Assembly: GCA_027021705.1 (NCBI GenBank)
Contig: JALUTT010000025.1
Span: forward strand, 1-38,801
From: Anaerolineae bacterium
GTDB lineage: Bacteria > Chloroflexota > Anaerolineae > S140-20
Reading direction: 5' to 3'
Length of the DNA: 38,801 nt
Below are positions 8,173 through 18,624 of the stretch, one piece after another. A program made the position numbers and the translations under genes. Every line of letters starts with the position of its first letter. The first letter of the stretch is position 1. The notes under the pieces are model-generated. The model worked only from the letters and a program-made list of their open reading frames with translations, was not told the DNA's origin and did not search any database.

Positions 8173-9582
8173 TCAGAGATGTACCGGCTGCCCCAGGGCG
8201 ACGTGGGCGGCCTCCATCACGACCTCGGAGAGGGTAGGATGGGGATGCACGGTGTGGGCCAACTCCTCCACCGTCGTCTCCAGCCGGATCATCCCCGTCG
8301 GGCCGGCGACCAACTCCGTCACGTGGGGGCCGATCATATGAACACCCAACACCTGGTTGTAGCGGGCGTCGGCGACGACCTTAACGAAGCCCTCGTAGTC
8401 GTCCAGAGCCAGCGCCTTGCCGTTGGCCCTGAAGGGGAACTGCCCCACCCGCACCTCGTAGCCCTGCTCTCGGGCCTGGGCCTCCGTCAGGCCGACGCTG
8501 GCCACCTCCGGCGACGCATAGGTGCAGCGGGGCATACGGGTGTAGTCCAGGGGCTCCGGCTCCCGACCGGCGATGGCCTCCACCGCCACGATCCCCTGGG
8601 CCGAGGCCACGTGGGCCAGGGGGAGCTTCCCCGTCACGTCGCCGATGGCGTAGATGCCGGGCACGTTGGTCTGCATCCGCTCGTCCACCACGATCCAACC
8701 CCGCTCCGTCGCCACGCCGACCGCCTCCAGCCCCAGCTCCTCGCTGTTGGGCCGGACGCCGATGGCAACCAGCGCCTTCTCCGCCTCCAGCGTCTGGGTT
8801 CGACCCTCGGCCGAGAGGGTGAGGCACAACCCCGGCCCCTCGGCCCCCGCCTCACCCGCCTCCACCCGCTCCACCTTCTCGACCCGGGTGCCGGTCAGCA
8901 CCCGAATCCCCTGCTTGCGCAGCGCCTTGCCCAGCGCCTTCCCTACCTCGGCGTCCTCCAGGGGCAGGACGGTGGACATCATCTCCACCAGCGTGACCTC
9001 GGCCCCGTAGGCCCGCCACAGGTAGGCAAACTCAACCCCGATGGCCCCGGCCCCGATGACGACGATGGAACGGGGCACCTCGGTCAACTCCAGGGCGTGG
9101 CGGGCGCTGAGCAAGCGGTCGCCATCAATGGGGATGCCGGGGATGGCGCGGGCGCGGGCGCCGGTGGCCAGGATGACGTGGCGCGTCATCAACCGCTCGC
9201 CGGTGGAAAGCTCCACCTCCGTTGCCGAACGCAGCCGGCCCGTCGCCTCAAAGACCTCCACGCCGTTCTTCTTCATCAGGAACCGAACGCCCTTGACCAG
9301 CCGTGCGGCCACCCGCCGGCTCCGCTTCTGGGCCGCCGCGTAGTCCACCGTCAGGCTCTCCGGATCGAAGCGGAAGCCGTAGGTCTTGCCCTGGCCCAGC
9401 AGGCGGATCACTTCGGCGTTGCGCAGCAGCGCCTTGGTGGGGATGCAGCCCCAGTTGAGGCAGACACCGCCCAGGTGCTCCCGCTCGACGAGGGCGGTCT
9501 TGAGGCCCAACTGGCGGGCGCGGATGGCGGCCACATAGCCTCCCGGCCCGCCGCCGATGATCACCAGGTCATAGTCGGCCAT
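8173..9582 (-). CDS. lpdA: Dihydrolipoamide dehydrogenase (E3)
   Basis: GGGPGGY FAD motif, redox [22 protein letters not shown] motif, [16 protein letters not shown]. Alternative GTG start at 9585. Confidence 0.96.
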   Translation of the reverse strand: MADYDLVIIGGGPGGYVAAIRARQLGLKTALVEREHLGGVCLNWGCIPTKALLRNAEVIRLLGQGKTYGFRFDPESLTVDYAAAQKRSRRVAARLVKGVRFLMKKNGVEVFEATGRLRSATEVELSTGERLMTRHVILATGARARAIPGIPIDGDRLLSARHALELTEVPRSIVVIGAGAIGVEFAYLWRAYGAEVTLVEMMSTVLPLEDAEVGKALGKALRKQGIRVLTGTRVEKVERVEAGEAGAEGPGLCLTLSAEGRTQTLEAEKALVAIGVRPNSEELGLEAVGVATERGWIVVDERMQTNVPGIYAIGDVTGKLPLAHVASAQGIVAVEAIAGREPEPLDYTRMPRCTYASPEVASVGLTEAQAREQGYEVRVGQFPFRANGKALALDDYEGFVKVVADARYNQVLGVHMIGPHVTELVAGPTGMIRLETTVEELAHTVHPHPTLSEVVMEAAHVALGQPVHL

Positions 9583-9621
9583 CACGTGTGCCTCCTGTGA
9601 GGTTGTAGGTTATACGGTTGG

Positions 9622-10989
9622 TCAGGACCAGTGCTCAAGGACCTCGACCACCTTGGCCAGAAAACGGTCGGCCACAGCCCCGTCCAGGACCCGGTGGTCG
9701 AAGGTGAAGCTGAGGTAACACATCGGCTTGATGGCGATGCTGTCCACCCCTTCGACGGTGACGACGACGGGGCGCTTCTGGATGGCCCCGATGCCCAGGA
9801 TGCCGACGTTGGGCTGGTTGATGATGGGCGTGGCGAAGAGGCTGCCGCTGACCCCGTGGTTGGTGATGGTGAAGGTCGCACCCTGGACCTCATCGGGCCG
9901 GAGCTGTTTGGAGCGAGCCCGCTCGGCCAGGTCGGTGACGGCCCGCTGCAGACCGCTCAGGCTCAGCCGGTCGGCATCCCGGATGACCGGCACGATCAGC
10001 CCATCTTCCAAAGCCACGGCGATGCCGATGTGGATCTGCCGGTGAAGCAGGATACCGTCGTCGGTGAAGCTGCTGTTGACCTGGGGCACCGCCTTCAACC
10101 CCTCGACGACAGCCCGGACGAAGAAGGGGGTGAAGGTGAGCCGAATCCCCTCCCGTCGCCGGAACTCAGCCTGCCATCGCTCCCGGTAGGCGACGATGCG
10201 GCTCATATCGGCCTCCATCACCGTCGTGACGTGGGGGGCCGTCCGCTTGCTGTGCACCATGTGCTCGGCGATGGCCTTGCGCATCCTGGTGAGGGGGATC
10301 ACCTCGCCGGCCGAGGATGGTGGCGGTGGCGAGGGGGCTGCCCGCTCCGGTGAAGGGGACGGCAGGGGGGGCGGAGGGGCCGCCTGTTCCGGCGGCGGTG
10401 GTGCTCCCACCTCCTCGGTGGGACGGAAGAGCTCGCCCGTGCCCGGCTGCTCCCAAGGGGGCAGCTCCTCCACCGCCTCCCTCGCAGGCGCGGCCTTCAT
10501 CCGTTCGACGTAGGCCAGGATGTCCTTCTTGGTGATGCGCCCTCCGCGACCGGTGCCCTGAATCGGGGCCGTGTTCAGGTCAATGCCGTGCTCGGCCGCG
10601 ATGCGGGCCACGACCGGGGTGATGCGCCGGCGCCCTTGGGGCTTCCCTCGCTCCCGTCCATCGCCTCGGGCTGTAGTCTTCTTCGTCACCTTGGGCTCGG
10701 GCCCCGGCCGGCTGGTCGGGACACTGTCCGGTCTTTTCGGTAGGGCCTCCCCTGGCTGGCCTATGTAGGCCAACACCGTCCCAACCGCGACCGTCTGCCC
10801 CTCCGGCACCAGGATTTTGAGCAGGACACCGCTGGCCGGCGCGGGGACCTCGGCGTCCACTTTATCGGTCACCACCTCCAGCAGCGGCTGGTACTGCTTC
10901 ACCTCTTCCCCCTCGGCGACGAGCCACCGACCGATGGTGCCTTCGACGACGCTCTCGCCCAACTGGGGCATAATCACTTCTGTAGCCAT
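9622..10989 (-). CDS. bkdB: Dihydrolipoamide acyltransferase (E2) of a branched-chain 2-oxoacid dehydrogenase
   Basis: One lipoyl domain (VVTDKVDAEVP), E3-binding GTGRGGRITKKD, catalytic FDHRVLDG. Confidence 0.9.
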   Translation of the reverse strand: MATEVIMPQLGESVVEGTIGRWLVAEGEEVKQYQPLLEVVTDKVDAEVPAPASGVLLKILVPEGQTVAVGTVLAYIGQPGEALPKRPDSVPTSRPGPEPKVTKKTTARGDGRERGKPQGRRRITPVVARIAAEHGIDLNTAPIQGTGRGGRITKKDILAYVERMKAAPAREAVEELPPWEQPGTGELFRPTEEVGAPPPPEQAAPPPPLPSPSPERAAPSPPPPSSAGEVIPLTRMRKAIAEHMVHSKRTAPHVTTVMEADMSRIVAYRERWQAEFRRREGIRLTFTPFFVRAVVEGLKAVPQVNSSFTDDGILLHRQIHIGIAVALEDGLIVPVIRDADRLSLSGLQRAVTDLAERARSKQLRPDEVQGATFTITNHGVSGSLFATPIINQPNVGILGIGAIQKRPVVVTVEGVDSIAIKPMCYLSFTFDHRVLDGAVADRFLAKVVEVLEHWS

Positions 10990-11042
10990 AGCGCCTCCTG
11001 AGGACGTATTGCGTGCCGCGTGCTCTGAGCGTCTCGCCGGAT

Positions 11043-12026
11043 TCAGTAGGCGGCCAGGTCACGGATAGCGGCGGCGATCTTGGCGGCGTTGGGCATGAAG
11101 AAGTGCTCCATCGGACGGCTGTAGGGCACCGCCGGGATGTCGGGGCCGGCCACCCGCACAATGGGACCGTCCAGCCACTCGAAAGCTTCCTCGGCAATGA
11201 TGGCTGCGATCTCACCGCCCAAACCACCGGTCCGGTTGTCCTCGTGGACAATGACCACCTTGCCCGTCTTCTCCACCGACCGGAGGATGGTCTCCTTGTC
11301 CAGCGGGTGCAGGGTGCGCAAGTCTATCACCTCCACGCGGATCCCCTCACCCTCCAGCTCCTCGGCCGCCTTCATCGCCTCGTGGAACATCAGGCCGTAG
11401 GCGATGACCGTCACGTCGTCGCCCTGACGGGCCACCCGGGCCTTGCCCACAGGCACCAGGAAGGGCTCCTCGGGCACCTCCCCCTTGATCAAGCGGTAGG
11501 TCTTCTTGTGCTCCAGGAAGAGGACGGGGTCCTCCAACCGCAGGGCGGTGCGGAGCATCCCGGCCATGTCTGCCGGCGTCGAAGGGGCGAAGACGTAGAG
11601 CCCCGGCACGTGGGCGAAGAAGGCTTCCACCGACTGGGAATGGTAGAGGCCACCGGAGATCCCCCCGCCGTAAGGCGTGCGGATGACCAGGGGGCAGGTC
11701 CAGTCGCCGTTGGAGCGGTAGCGGACGCGGGCCGCCTCGTTGACGATCTGGTTGAAGGCGGGATGGATAAAGTCGGCGAACTGGATCTCGGCGATGGGGC
11801 GCATGCCGTTGAAGGCCAAGCCGATGCCCACGGCCACGATGGAGAGCTCTGCCAGAGGCGCGTCAATCACCCGCTCCGGCCCGAACTCCTCGATGAGCCC
11901 TTGGGTTGCCCGGAAGACGCCGCCGCGCACCCCCACGTCCTCGCCCAGGACGACGATCCGCTCGTCCCGGCGCATCTCCTCGAACATTGTATCGCGCAGC
12001 GCTTGAATGATCGTTTTCACAGCCAT
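11043..12026 (-). CDS. bkdAB: 2-oxoacid dehydrogenase E1 beta subunit (branched-chain type)
   Basis: GEDVGVRGGVFRAT, AEIQFADFI, GGLYHSQS, EVIDLRTL. Confidence 0.9.
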   Translation of the reverse strand: MAVKTIIQALRDTMFEEMRRDERIVVLGEDVGVRGGVFRATQGLIEEFGPERVIDAPLAELSIVAVGIGLAFNGMRPIAEIQFADFIHPAFNQIVNEAARVRYRSNGDWTCPLVIRTPYGGGISGGLYHSQSVEAFFAHVPGLYVFAPSTPADMAGMLRTALRLEDPVLFLEHKKTYRLIKGEVPEEPFLVPVGKARVARQGDDVTVIAYGLMFHEAMKAAEELEGEGIRVEVIDLRTLHPLDKETILRSVEKTGKVVIVHEDNRTGGLGGEIAAIIAEEAFEWLDGPIVRVAGPDIPAVPYSRPMEHFFMPNAAKIAAAIRDLAAY

Positions 12027-12039
12027 CGCTTTCCCTCAG

Positions 12040-12180
12040 CCTCTCGTGTCTTGCCTCTTGCCCCTTGCCCCTCGCCCCCTGCCCCCTTCCTCTCTTGCCC
12101 CTTGGCCGCTTGGTCACGTGGTCGGGTGGTCGAGTGGTCCTCAGTCCCTGGTCTTTGCCCCTTGCCCCCTGCCTCCTGTA
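12040..12180. repeat. Low-complexity 7-8-mer tandem tracts (CCCCTTG-like, GTGGTCG-like)
   Basis: TTGCCTCTTGCCCCTTGCCCCTCGCCCC..., GTGGTCGGGTGGTCGAGTGGTC and TTGCCCCTTGCCCC between E1b and E1a, overlapping the E1a 3' end. Confidence 0.75.
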
Positions 12181-13208
12181 TTCGGGGGAAGAGGCCCCCA
12201 GACCGGCTCCAGGGCCTCCTCGGGGTCGGGATAAGGAGCACGCTCGGCATAGGCCGTGGCGTCGTCCACAGCCGCCATCACCTCCTCCAGCATCTCCTGC
12301 CGGAGTGCCGGGGTCAGGATGCCCGCATTCTCTAGATAGGTCTCGAAGAGGCGGAGCGGGTCACGCCGCTTCCAGGCCTCCACCTCCTCGCGGCTGCGGT
12401 AGCTGCGATCGTCGTCATCGGAGGAGTGGGGGACGAGGCGGTAGGTCTTGGCCTCCAACAGCGTGGCCCCCTCCCCGGCGCGGGCCCGCTCGACCGCCTC
12501 CTTCGCCGCCTCGTAGACGGCCAGCACGTCGTTGCCGTCCACGACGACGCCTCGGATGCCGTAGGCCGCGGCCCGATCGGCCACGTTCTCGACGGCCATC
12601 TGCTTGTGCTGGGGAACCGAGATGGCGTACCGGTTGTTCTGGCAGAGAAAAATGACCGGCAACTTGTAGATGCCGGCCCAGTTCAACCCCTCGTGAAAGT
12701 CCCCTTCGGAAGTGCTCCCCTCGCCGAAGGAGGCCACCACCACCGTGTCCTCCCCCCGGAGCTTGGCGGCCAGGGCAATGCCCGCCGCCTGGGGAATCTG
12801 GGTGGCGACGGGGCTGGAAAGAGAGACAATCCTGAGCCGACGGTTGCTGTAGTGGTTGGGCATCTGGCGGCCGCCGCTGAAGGGGTCCTCCCGCTTGCCG
12901 AAGAGGGAGAGCATCATATGGCGCGGTTCAACCCCCAGGCTGAGCAGCAGGCCGATGTCTCGGTAGTGGGGGTGCACCCAGTCGTAACCGGGGCGCAAAG
13001 CAAAGGCCACGCCCACGTGAGTGGCTTCGTGGCCTATGCCGGAGATGTGGAAGGCAACCTTGCCCTGACGGTGGAGCACCCACATCCGCTCATCCAGCTT
13101 GCGAGCCAGGAGCATCTTGTGGTACATCTGCAACAAGGTCTCCCGGCTAAGGCCCAGGGCCGTGCGCACGGCCCCTACCTCCTCCTTCCTTTCCATTTCG
13201 GCAATCAT
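12141..13208 (-). CDS. bkdAA: 2-oxoacid dehydrogenase E1 alpha subunit (branched-chain type), 355 aa
   Basis: TPP motif GEGSTSEG...QNN; PHSSDDDDRSYR and GKVAFHISGIGHEA resemble Bacillus BCKDH E1a. Start 13208 has an AAGGGG RBS and lies downstream of a promoter. Confidence 0.9.
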   Translation of the reverse strand: MIAEMERKEEVGAVRTALGLSRETLLQMYHKMLLARKLDERMWVLHRQGKVAFHISGIGHEATHVGVAFALRPGYDWVHPHYRDIGLLLSLGVEPRHMMLSLFGKREDPFSGGRQMPNHYSNRRLRIVSLSSPVATQIPQAAGIALAAKLRGEDTVVVASFGEGSTSEGDFHEGLNWAGIYKLPVIFLCQNNRYAISVPQHKQMAVENVADRAAAYGIRGVVVDGNDVLAVYEAAKEAVERARAGEGATLLEAKTYRLVPHSSDDDDRSYRSREEVEAWKRRDPLRLFETYLENAGILTPALRQEMLEEVMAAVDDATAYAERAPYPDPEEALEPVWGPLPPNTGGRGQGAKTRD

Positions 13209-13260
13209 CTTATCCCCCTTATCCTGGTTCTCGGTATGGCCGACCGGACCGTCAGGGGCT

Positions 13261-13289
13261 ATTATAGCATAACCGGTAAAATCCGACAA
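13261..13289 (-). promoter_or_regulatory. Sigma70 promoter of the bkd operon
   Basis: TTGTCG, 17 nt spacer, TATAAT with an extended TG (TGCTATAAT). Confidence 0.7.
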
Positions 13290-13327
13290 AGAGGCTCTAC
13301 TTAGGTGAATTTCTTCATCTAACACGA

Positions 13328-13447
13328 TCATCCGGGCACCAGATCTAGCACGTACTCGCTGGCATGATCGAGAAACGCCTGGCTCGCTAAGCGCACAGCC
13401 TCAGCGATAGCCTCTTCCGTAATGCTCCCACTCACTTTTCGCTCCAT
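13328..13447 (-). CDS. Unannotated small ORF, 39 aa (MERKVSGSITEEAIAEAVRLASQAFLDHASEYVLDLVPG)
   Basis: Perfect SD AGGAGGT 5 nt before ATG and a dedicated upstream promoter. Below the ORF-track cutoff. Confidence 0.5.
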   Translation of the reverse strand: MERKVSGSITEEAIAEAVRLASQAFLDHASEYVLDLVPG

Positions 13448-13545
13448 ATGACACCTCCTATGCGGCAAGAACCGCTTCCTGCTCCTCCTTTCCCATCAAA
13501 CGGATTTTGATAAACCGTGGTGAAGGGCAAGGAAGACTTGAACGT

Positions 13546-13574
13546 ATTATAACGGACTCTCTCTATCACCGCAA
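13546..13574 (-). promoter_or_regulatory. Sigma70 promoter upstream of the small ORF
   Basis: TTGCGG (13574-13569), 17 nt spacer, TATAAT (13551-13546). Confidence 0.6.
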
Positions 13575-15395
13575 ATTTACCTGCTGTCGCCGGCGCTTCC
13601 CCACCTGCTCCACGTACTCCAGCGACTGGTGGCGGAAGTAGGTCTCGTAGAGCTCGGCGTAGTAGCCCCCCCGAGCCATCAGGGTTTCGTGATCGCCTTC
13701 CTCGATGATGCGCCCCCGCTCCAGCACGATGATCCGGTCCACCGCCCGCACGGTGGAGAGCCGATGGGCGATCAAGATGGACGTCCGGCCCCGCAGGAGG
13801 AGGGCGATGGCCTCCTGGATCTGGGCCTCGGTGAAGGGGTCCACGCTGGCCGTCGCCTCGTCCAGGATGAAGATGGCCGGCGACTGGACGAGGACCCGCA
13901 GCAGGGCGACCAACTGCCGTTGCCCCATCGAGAGGCGTGCCCCCCGCTCCCCCACGTCGGTCTGGAGGCCGGCGGGCAGCGTCTCCAGCCACTCGCCGCC
14001 CCCGATGCGCCGGGCCATCGCCTCGATCTCGGCATCACCCAGGTCGGGCCGGGCGTAGCGGATGTTGTCGGCCACCGTGCCGGAGAAGAGGAAGGGCATC
14101 TGCGAGACGATCCCCAACCGGCGGCGGTAGTCCTGGAGGTCAAAGGTGCGGATGTCCCGCCCATCCACCGTGATCCGCCCCTTCTGGAACTCGTAGAAGC
14201 GGGCGATGAGCCGGGCGATGCTGCTCTTGCCGGCGCCGGTGTGGCCCACCAGGGCCACGCTCTCCCCCGGCGCGATGTGGAGCCAGAAATCCTCCAACAC
14301 CGGCTGCCGCTCCGTGTACCAGAAGTGGACCCCCTCGAAGCGGATCTCCCCCCGCAGCCGCCCCACCGGGCGGCGATCCACCTGCCGCACCCGGGGCTCG
14401 GCGTCCATCAGGGCGAAGATCCGCTCGGCGGCGGCGAGGCCGGCCTGGAACTGGCTCCAGAAGGCGGCCAGGTTGATCATCGGGAACCAGAAGCGGTCCA
14501 CGCTCAAGATGAAGAGGTACCAGCGGCCCACCGAGACCTTTCCCAGGGCCGCCATCAGCCCGCCCCAGTAGACCAGCGAGGCGGTCCCACCGCCGGCCAG
14601 GACGCTGAGGGTCGGAAAGATGGTCGCCAGCACAAAGCCCCGCCAGAGGTTGATCCGGTAGGACTGGCGGTTGACCCGGTCGAAGGCGGCGTAGATGGTC
14701 GCCTCCTGGCGGAAGTTCTTGGCCACGCTGATGCCGGTCACCACCTCCTGGATGGCGGCGTTGACCTCGGCCAGGGCCCGGAAGCCCCGCCGGGTGACGT
14801 AGCGGGCGAGCCGGCGGAAGGCCATCGCCGTCAGCAGCACCAGCGGGGAGAGGGCCAGCACCATCAGCGTCAGGGGCCAGGAGACGGTGAAGAGGGCGGC
14901 CAACAGGATGAGCACGAGGGTGACCTGGCCAACCAGGTCGGTGATCAGGAGGACCACCTGGGAGAACTCCTGGGTGTCGGAGGTGATACGGCTGATGATG
15001 CGCCCGGTGTGGAACTCGTCGAAGAAGGCCAGGTCGTGGCGCATCGAGGCCTGAAAGGCATCCCGGCGCAGGGCCAGCACCACGTCGCCGATGACGCGGG
15101 CGGTGAGGCGACGGCGCAGCCAGTTGGCCCCCCAGTTGAAGAGGCCAATGGCCAACACCACGGCGGCCAGCCCCACGAGGAGAGGCAGCCGGGGTGACAG
15201 GACGAGGGCGTCCACCCCTCGGGCGACGATGAAGGGCTGGGCGGCGCCGGCCACAGAGACGGCGGCGATCAGCAGGGCGACCGCCAGGACCCGCCGCCGG
15301 TGGGGTGCGAAGTAGTGGGCGATGCGCCGGATCAGCTCCCGGTCGCCGTAGCTCCGGTCGTAGGCTTCCGTGTCGAGGCCGTAGAAGATGGACAT
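13566..15395 (-). CDS. ABC exporter, fused TMD+NBD, half of a heterodimer
   Basis: About 6 TM segments; Walker A GHTGAGKS, signature LSMGQRQ, Walker B ILDEA, IAHRLS. Confidence 0.93.
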   Translation of the reverse strand: MSIFYGLDTEAYDRSYGDRELIRRIAHYFAPHRRRVLAVALLIAAVSVAGAAQPFIVARGVDALVLSPRLPLLVGLAAVVLAIGLFNWGANWLRRRLTARVIGDVVLALRRDAFQASMRHDLAFFDEFHTGRIISRITSDTQEFSQVVLLITDLVGQVTLVLILLAALFTVSWPLTLMVLALSPLVLLTAMAFRRLARYVTRRGFRALAEVNAAIQEVVTGISVAKNFRQEATIYAAFDRVNRQSYRINLWRGFVLATIFPTLSVLAGGGTASLVYWGGLMAALGKVSVGRWYLFILSVDRFWFPMINLAAFWSQFQAGLAAAERIFALMDAEPRVRQVDRRPVGRLRGEIRFEGVHFWYTERQPVLEDFWLHIAPGESVALVGHTGAGKSSIARLIARFYEFQKGRITVDGRDIRTFDLQDYRRRLGIVSQMPFLFSGTVADNIRYARPDLGDAEIEAMARRIGGGEWLETLPAGLQTDVGERGARLSMGQRQLVALLRVLVQSPAIFILDEATASVDPFTEAQIQEAIALLLRGRTSILIAHRLSTVRAVDRIIVLERGRIIEEGDHETLMARGGYYAELYETYFRHQSLEYVEQVGKRRRQQVNLR

Positions 15396-15398
15396 CCC

Positions 15399-17186
15399 TC
15401 AGCCACCATCCCGTGCGAAGATGCGCCGATAGGCCGGAGAGGTCTGCATCAGCTCTTCGTGCCTCCCGACGGCGGCCACCCGCCCCTTACGCATCACGAT
15501 GATCAGGTCGGCCCAGCGGATTTGGGAGAGCCGGTGGGTGATCAGGAAGGTGGTGCGCCCGGCCGCCGCCCGCTCGATGGCCCGCTGGATGCGGTCCTCC
15601 GTCGCGCTGTCTATGGCGCTGGTGGCATCGTCCAGGATCAGGATGCGGGGATCGGTCAGAAAGGCGCGGGCGATGGCCAGCCGCTGTCGCTGTCCCCCCG
15701 ACAGCGTGACCCCCCGCTCCCCGATGACGGTGTCGTAGCCGTCGCGGAAGCGCACGATGAAGTCGTGGGCCTGGGCGGCCCGGGCGGCGGCCTCGATCTC
15801 CTCGCGGGTCGCGTCGGGCCGGCCAAAGGCGATGTTCTCGGCCACGGTGCGCGAAAAGAGAAAGATGTCCTGCTCGATGACGGAGATCTGCCGCCGCAGG
15901 GCCTCCAGGTTCCAGTCCCGCACGTCCACCCCGTCTATCAGCACCCGACCCCCGTCCACGTCGTAGGTCCGGTTGATCAGCTTGGCGATGGTGCTCTTGC
16001 CCGCCCCCGTCTGCCCCACGATGGCCACCGTCTGTCCCGGCAGCACGCGGAAGCTGACGTCCTCCAAGGCGGCACCGCCTTTCCCCTCCCCCGGTCGCCC
16101 GTCGGCCGTCGGATAGTGGAAGGTGACGTGCTCGAAGACCACCTCGCCGCGCATCGGGGCCGCGTAGCCCCCCACGTTCTGGTCCAGCGCCGTCTCGGCG
16201 TTGATCAGTTCCAGGATACGTCGGGCGCTGGCGATGCCGGAGGAGACCTGGGAGTAGGCGAACTGGGCGACGAAGGTGGGGAAACCGAAGAGGAGCAGCA
16301 GGCCGTTGAAGGCCACCACGTCGCCGATGCCGATGGCACCGGCCCGGAAGAGGAGCAGGCTGTGGAGGAGCCCCAGCCCCTGGACCAGCCCCATCAGGAG
16401 CAGGGGGATGAAGCGGGCCTCCAGGTCTCCCTGCACGACGTAGGCATCCCGCCAGCGGGTGACGGCCTCCAGGAAGCGGGCGACCTCCCGTTGCTCCTGG
16501 GCCGCCCCCTTCACCGTCTCGATCCCCTCGATGGCCTCGGCCAGCGTGGCGTTCATCTGGCCGAACTCCCGGCGCACCCGCTCGGCGGCCGGGCGGAGCT
16601 GCCGCAAGTAGTGGCGCACGGCGATCCCGTAGGCCAACAGGTAGGCCAGCGGGGTCAGGATGAGGTGGGGGTGGATGCGGGGCGAGACGATGATGGGCAT
16701 CAGGAGGAAGTTGCCCGACCCGATGACCAAGTTGAGGCCCGGGTTGAACATCAGGTTGATCTCGCGCACGTCGTTGGTGGCCCGGGCCATCACGTCGCCG
16801 GTAGCCCGCAGGTCGTGGAAGGCCATGCTCTTGCCCAGCAGGCTGAGGTAGAGTTCGTCGCGGATGTCGCGCTCCAGCCGCTGTCCGATCACCTCGCTGA
16901 AGAAGTTGCGCCCCAGTTGGAGCACGGCTCGGACCGATTGGGTGAGGACGATGAGGCCGGCGGCGACGGCCACTCCGCGCCGGTCGGGTGGGGTGGTCGC
17001 AACGGCGTCGAAGGCCCGGCCCGTGAGGACCGGCATCGCGGCGGCCAGCAGGGCGTTGCCCAAGGCCCCCACCAGCACGCCGACGACGAAACGCTTGTAG
17101 CGGGCAACGTGGGAGAGGAGCCAGCGGACCGGCCCTCGCCGGTCCCACTGCCATCGTTGAGGAAGGGTGAACTCGCTGGAGGTCAT
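15399..17186 (-). CDS. ABC exporter, fused TMD+NBD, heterodimer partner with degenerate Walker B
   Basis: [20 protein letters not shown] (catalytic Glu replaced by Asp), ITHRLS; 3-nt gap to the partner gene. Confidence 0.93.
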   Translation of the reverse strand: MTSSEFTLPQRWQWDRRGPVRWLLSHVARYKRFVVGVLVGALGNALLAAAMPVLTGRAFDAVATTPPDRRGVAVAAGLIVLTQSVRAVLQLGRNFFSEVIGQRLERDIRDELYLSLLGKSMAFHDLRATGDVMARATNDVREINLMFNPGLNLVIGSGNFLLMPIIVSPRIHPHLILTPLAYLLAYGIAVRHYLRQLRPAAERVRREFGQMNATLAEAIEGIETVKGAAQEQREVARFLEAVTRWRDAYVVQGDLEARFIPLLLMGLVQGLGLLHSLLLFRAGAIGIGDVVAFNGLLLLFGFPTFVAQFAYSQVSSGIASARRILELINAETALDQNVGGYAAPMRGEVVFEHVTFHYPTADGRPGEGKGGAALEDVSFRVLPGQTVAIVGQTGAGKSTIAKLINRTYDVDGGRVLIDGVDVRDWNLEALRRQISVIEQDIFLFSRTVAENIAFGRPDATREEIEAAARAAQAHDFIVRFRDGYDTVIGERGVTLSGGQRQRLAIARAFLTDPRILILDDATSAIDSATEDRIQRAIERAAAGRTTFLITHRLSQIRWADLIIVMRKGRVAAVGRHEELMQTSPAYRRIFARDGG

Positions 17187-17261
17187 CAACGGGAGGGCTG
17201 CAGCACGTTGGTCGGGATCATCTCAGCGCCTTCCCAGGCACGCCTGGAGCACTCACAGCAT

Positions 17262-18497
17262 CTACCACCGGGAGGCCGAAGCAAGGGGTGGGGGGACCTC
17301 GGCTATCGCTGCCGGTGGCTGCCAGTCGGTGGGCCTCCAGGGAAAGGCCCCGTGTTGCATCAGGAGCACCCCGTCCCGGGTCGCCTCCTCCCGCAGGGTG
17401 CGCATCCCGGGGATGGTGTGGATAACCTCTCGGCCATCCTCGGTGATGTAGTGGGTCACGTCCTCTTCGGGAAGCGCACGCCGGAAGTGGACCAGCCCGA
17501 TGGCGGGCCACCCTTTCTCCCGGAACGCCCTCAGCCACTCGGCAATGCGCCGGACATCGCGCAGCGCGATGGTGAACGTCACCTCGTACACCAGGAAGCG
17601 GTATCCTGAGTCGGTTTTGAGCAGCATCACCCCATCGGGCACGGAGCTCACGTTCAGGTGCTCCTGCAGCTCTCCCGGCAGGTACTCGCGGGCGATGGAC
17701 ACGCCACGCCCCCGGAGCCAGATGCCGATCTCCCGATAAGCGCCGGCCTCGGCCGCAACCCCGGAGACGTCGTCGAGCCGAATCCGTTGTTCTCGGATTT
17801 CGCCCGTGAGCTTGGCGATCTGGACCTCGACCCGCTCCATCCGCTCCGTCAGCGCGGCGATCTGCCGACCGTTCTCGGCAATCTGCCGGCCGTTCTCGGC
17901 GATCTGGCCCTCGACCCGCTCCATCCGCTCCGTCAGCGCGGCGATCTGCCGACCGTTCTCGGCGATCTGCCGACCGTTCTCGGCGATCTGGGCCTCGACC
18001 CGCTCCATCCGCTCCGTCAGCGCGGCGATCTGCCGACCGTTCTCGGCGATCTGCCGACCGTTCTCGGCAATCTGCCGACCGTTCTCGGCGATCTGGGCCT
18101 CGACCCGCTCCATCCGCTCCGTCAGCGCGGCGATCTGCCGACCGTTCTCGGCAATCTGCCGGCCGTTCTCGGCAATGAGTCGGCCGTTCTCGGCGATCTG
18201 CCGAGTGTTCTCGGCGATGAGTCGGCTGTTCTCGGCAATCTGCCGGCTGTTCTCCTGGACCTGCCGGGTTAATTCGTGGAGAGCTTCGCCGACGGCCTTG
18301 AACCCCTCCTCCACCACCATAGCCAGGTGGTCGAGGCGGTCGGAGAGGTCTCGAATGCTCTCACGAAGTTCCTGCACCGAGGATTGCATCGCCTCCAGCA
18401 GGATACGTTGGACGGCTTCACGGAACGCCGCATCCTCGCGTAGAGCCCGGAGGAGGCGTGCTTTCTCTTCTGCTGTAAGGGAAGGGTTCACGGTCAT
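17262..18497 (-). CDS. Long coiled-coil protein with a C-terminal PD-(D/E)XK-like domain (DUF3782/DUF1626-like architecture), 411 aa
   Basis: N-terminal LLRALREDAAFREAV, heptad repeat stalk, C-terminal AE...VPDGVML...LVYEVT nuclease-like pattern. Confidence 0.75.
   Translation of the reverse strand: MTVNPSLTAEEKARLLRALREDAAFREAVQRILLEAMQSSVQELRESIRDLSDRLDHLAMVVEEGFKAVGEALHELTRQVQENSRQIAENSRLIAENTRQIAENGRLIAENGRQIAENGRQIAALTERMERVEAQIAENGRQIAENGRQIAENGRQIAALTERMERVEAQIAENGRQIAENGRQIAALTERMERVEGQIAENGRQIAENGRQIAALTERMERVEVQIAKLTGEIREQRIRLDDVSGVAAEAGAYREIGIWLRGRGVSIAREYLPGELQEHLNVSSVPDGVMLLKTDSGYRFLVYEVTFTIALRDVRRIAEWLRAFREKGWPAIGLVHFRRALPEEDVTHYITEDGREVIHTIPGMRTLREEATRDGVLLMQHGAFPWRPTDWQPPAAIAEVPPPLASASRW
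17812..18260 (-). repeat. Intragenic in-frame tandem repeats (21-bp and 42-bp units)
   Basis: 12 copies of IAENxRx and 4 copies of IAALTERMERVExQ, near-identical at the DNA level. Confidence 0.95.
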
Positions 18498-18624
18498 CTT
18501 TACGCCTCAAAGGTCGGGGGAACGTGCTCCCAAGCGATCGCAACCGTCCGACGACAAAGCTCCCAACGCAGCCCCACAAGGGCCGCCCGCTTCCTGAACG
18601 CTGTGGGAACGCAGGTGTACCGCG

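Noticed and set aside
9622..13208. Pyruvate dehydrogenase assignment
   Set aside because: E1a motifs (PHSSDDD, GKVAFHISGIGHE) fit the Bacillus-type branched-chain enzyme better; specificity is not proven.
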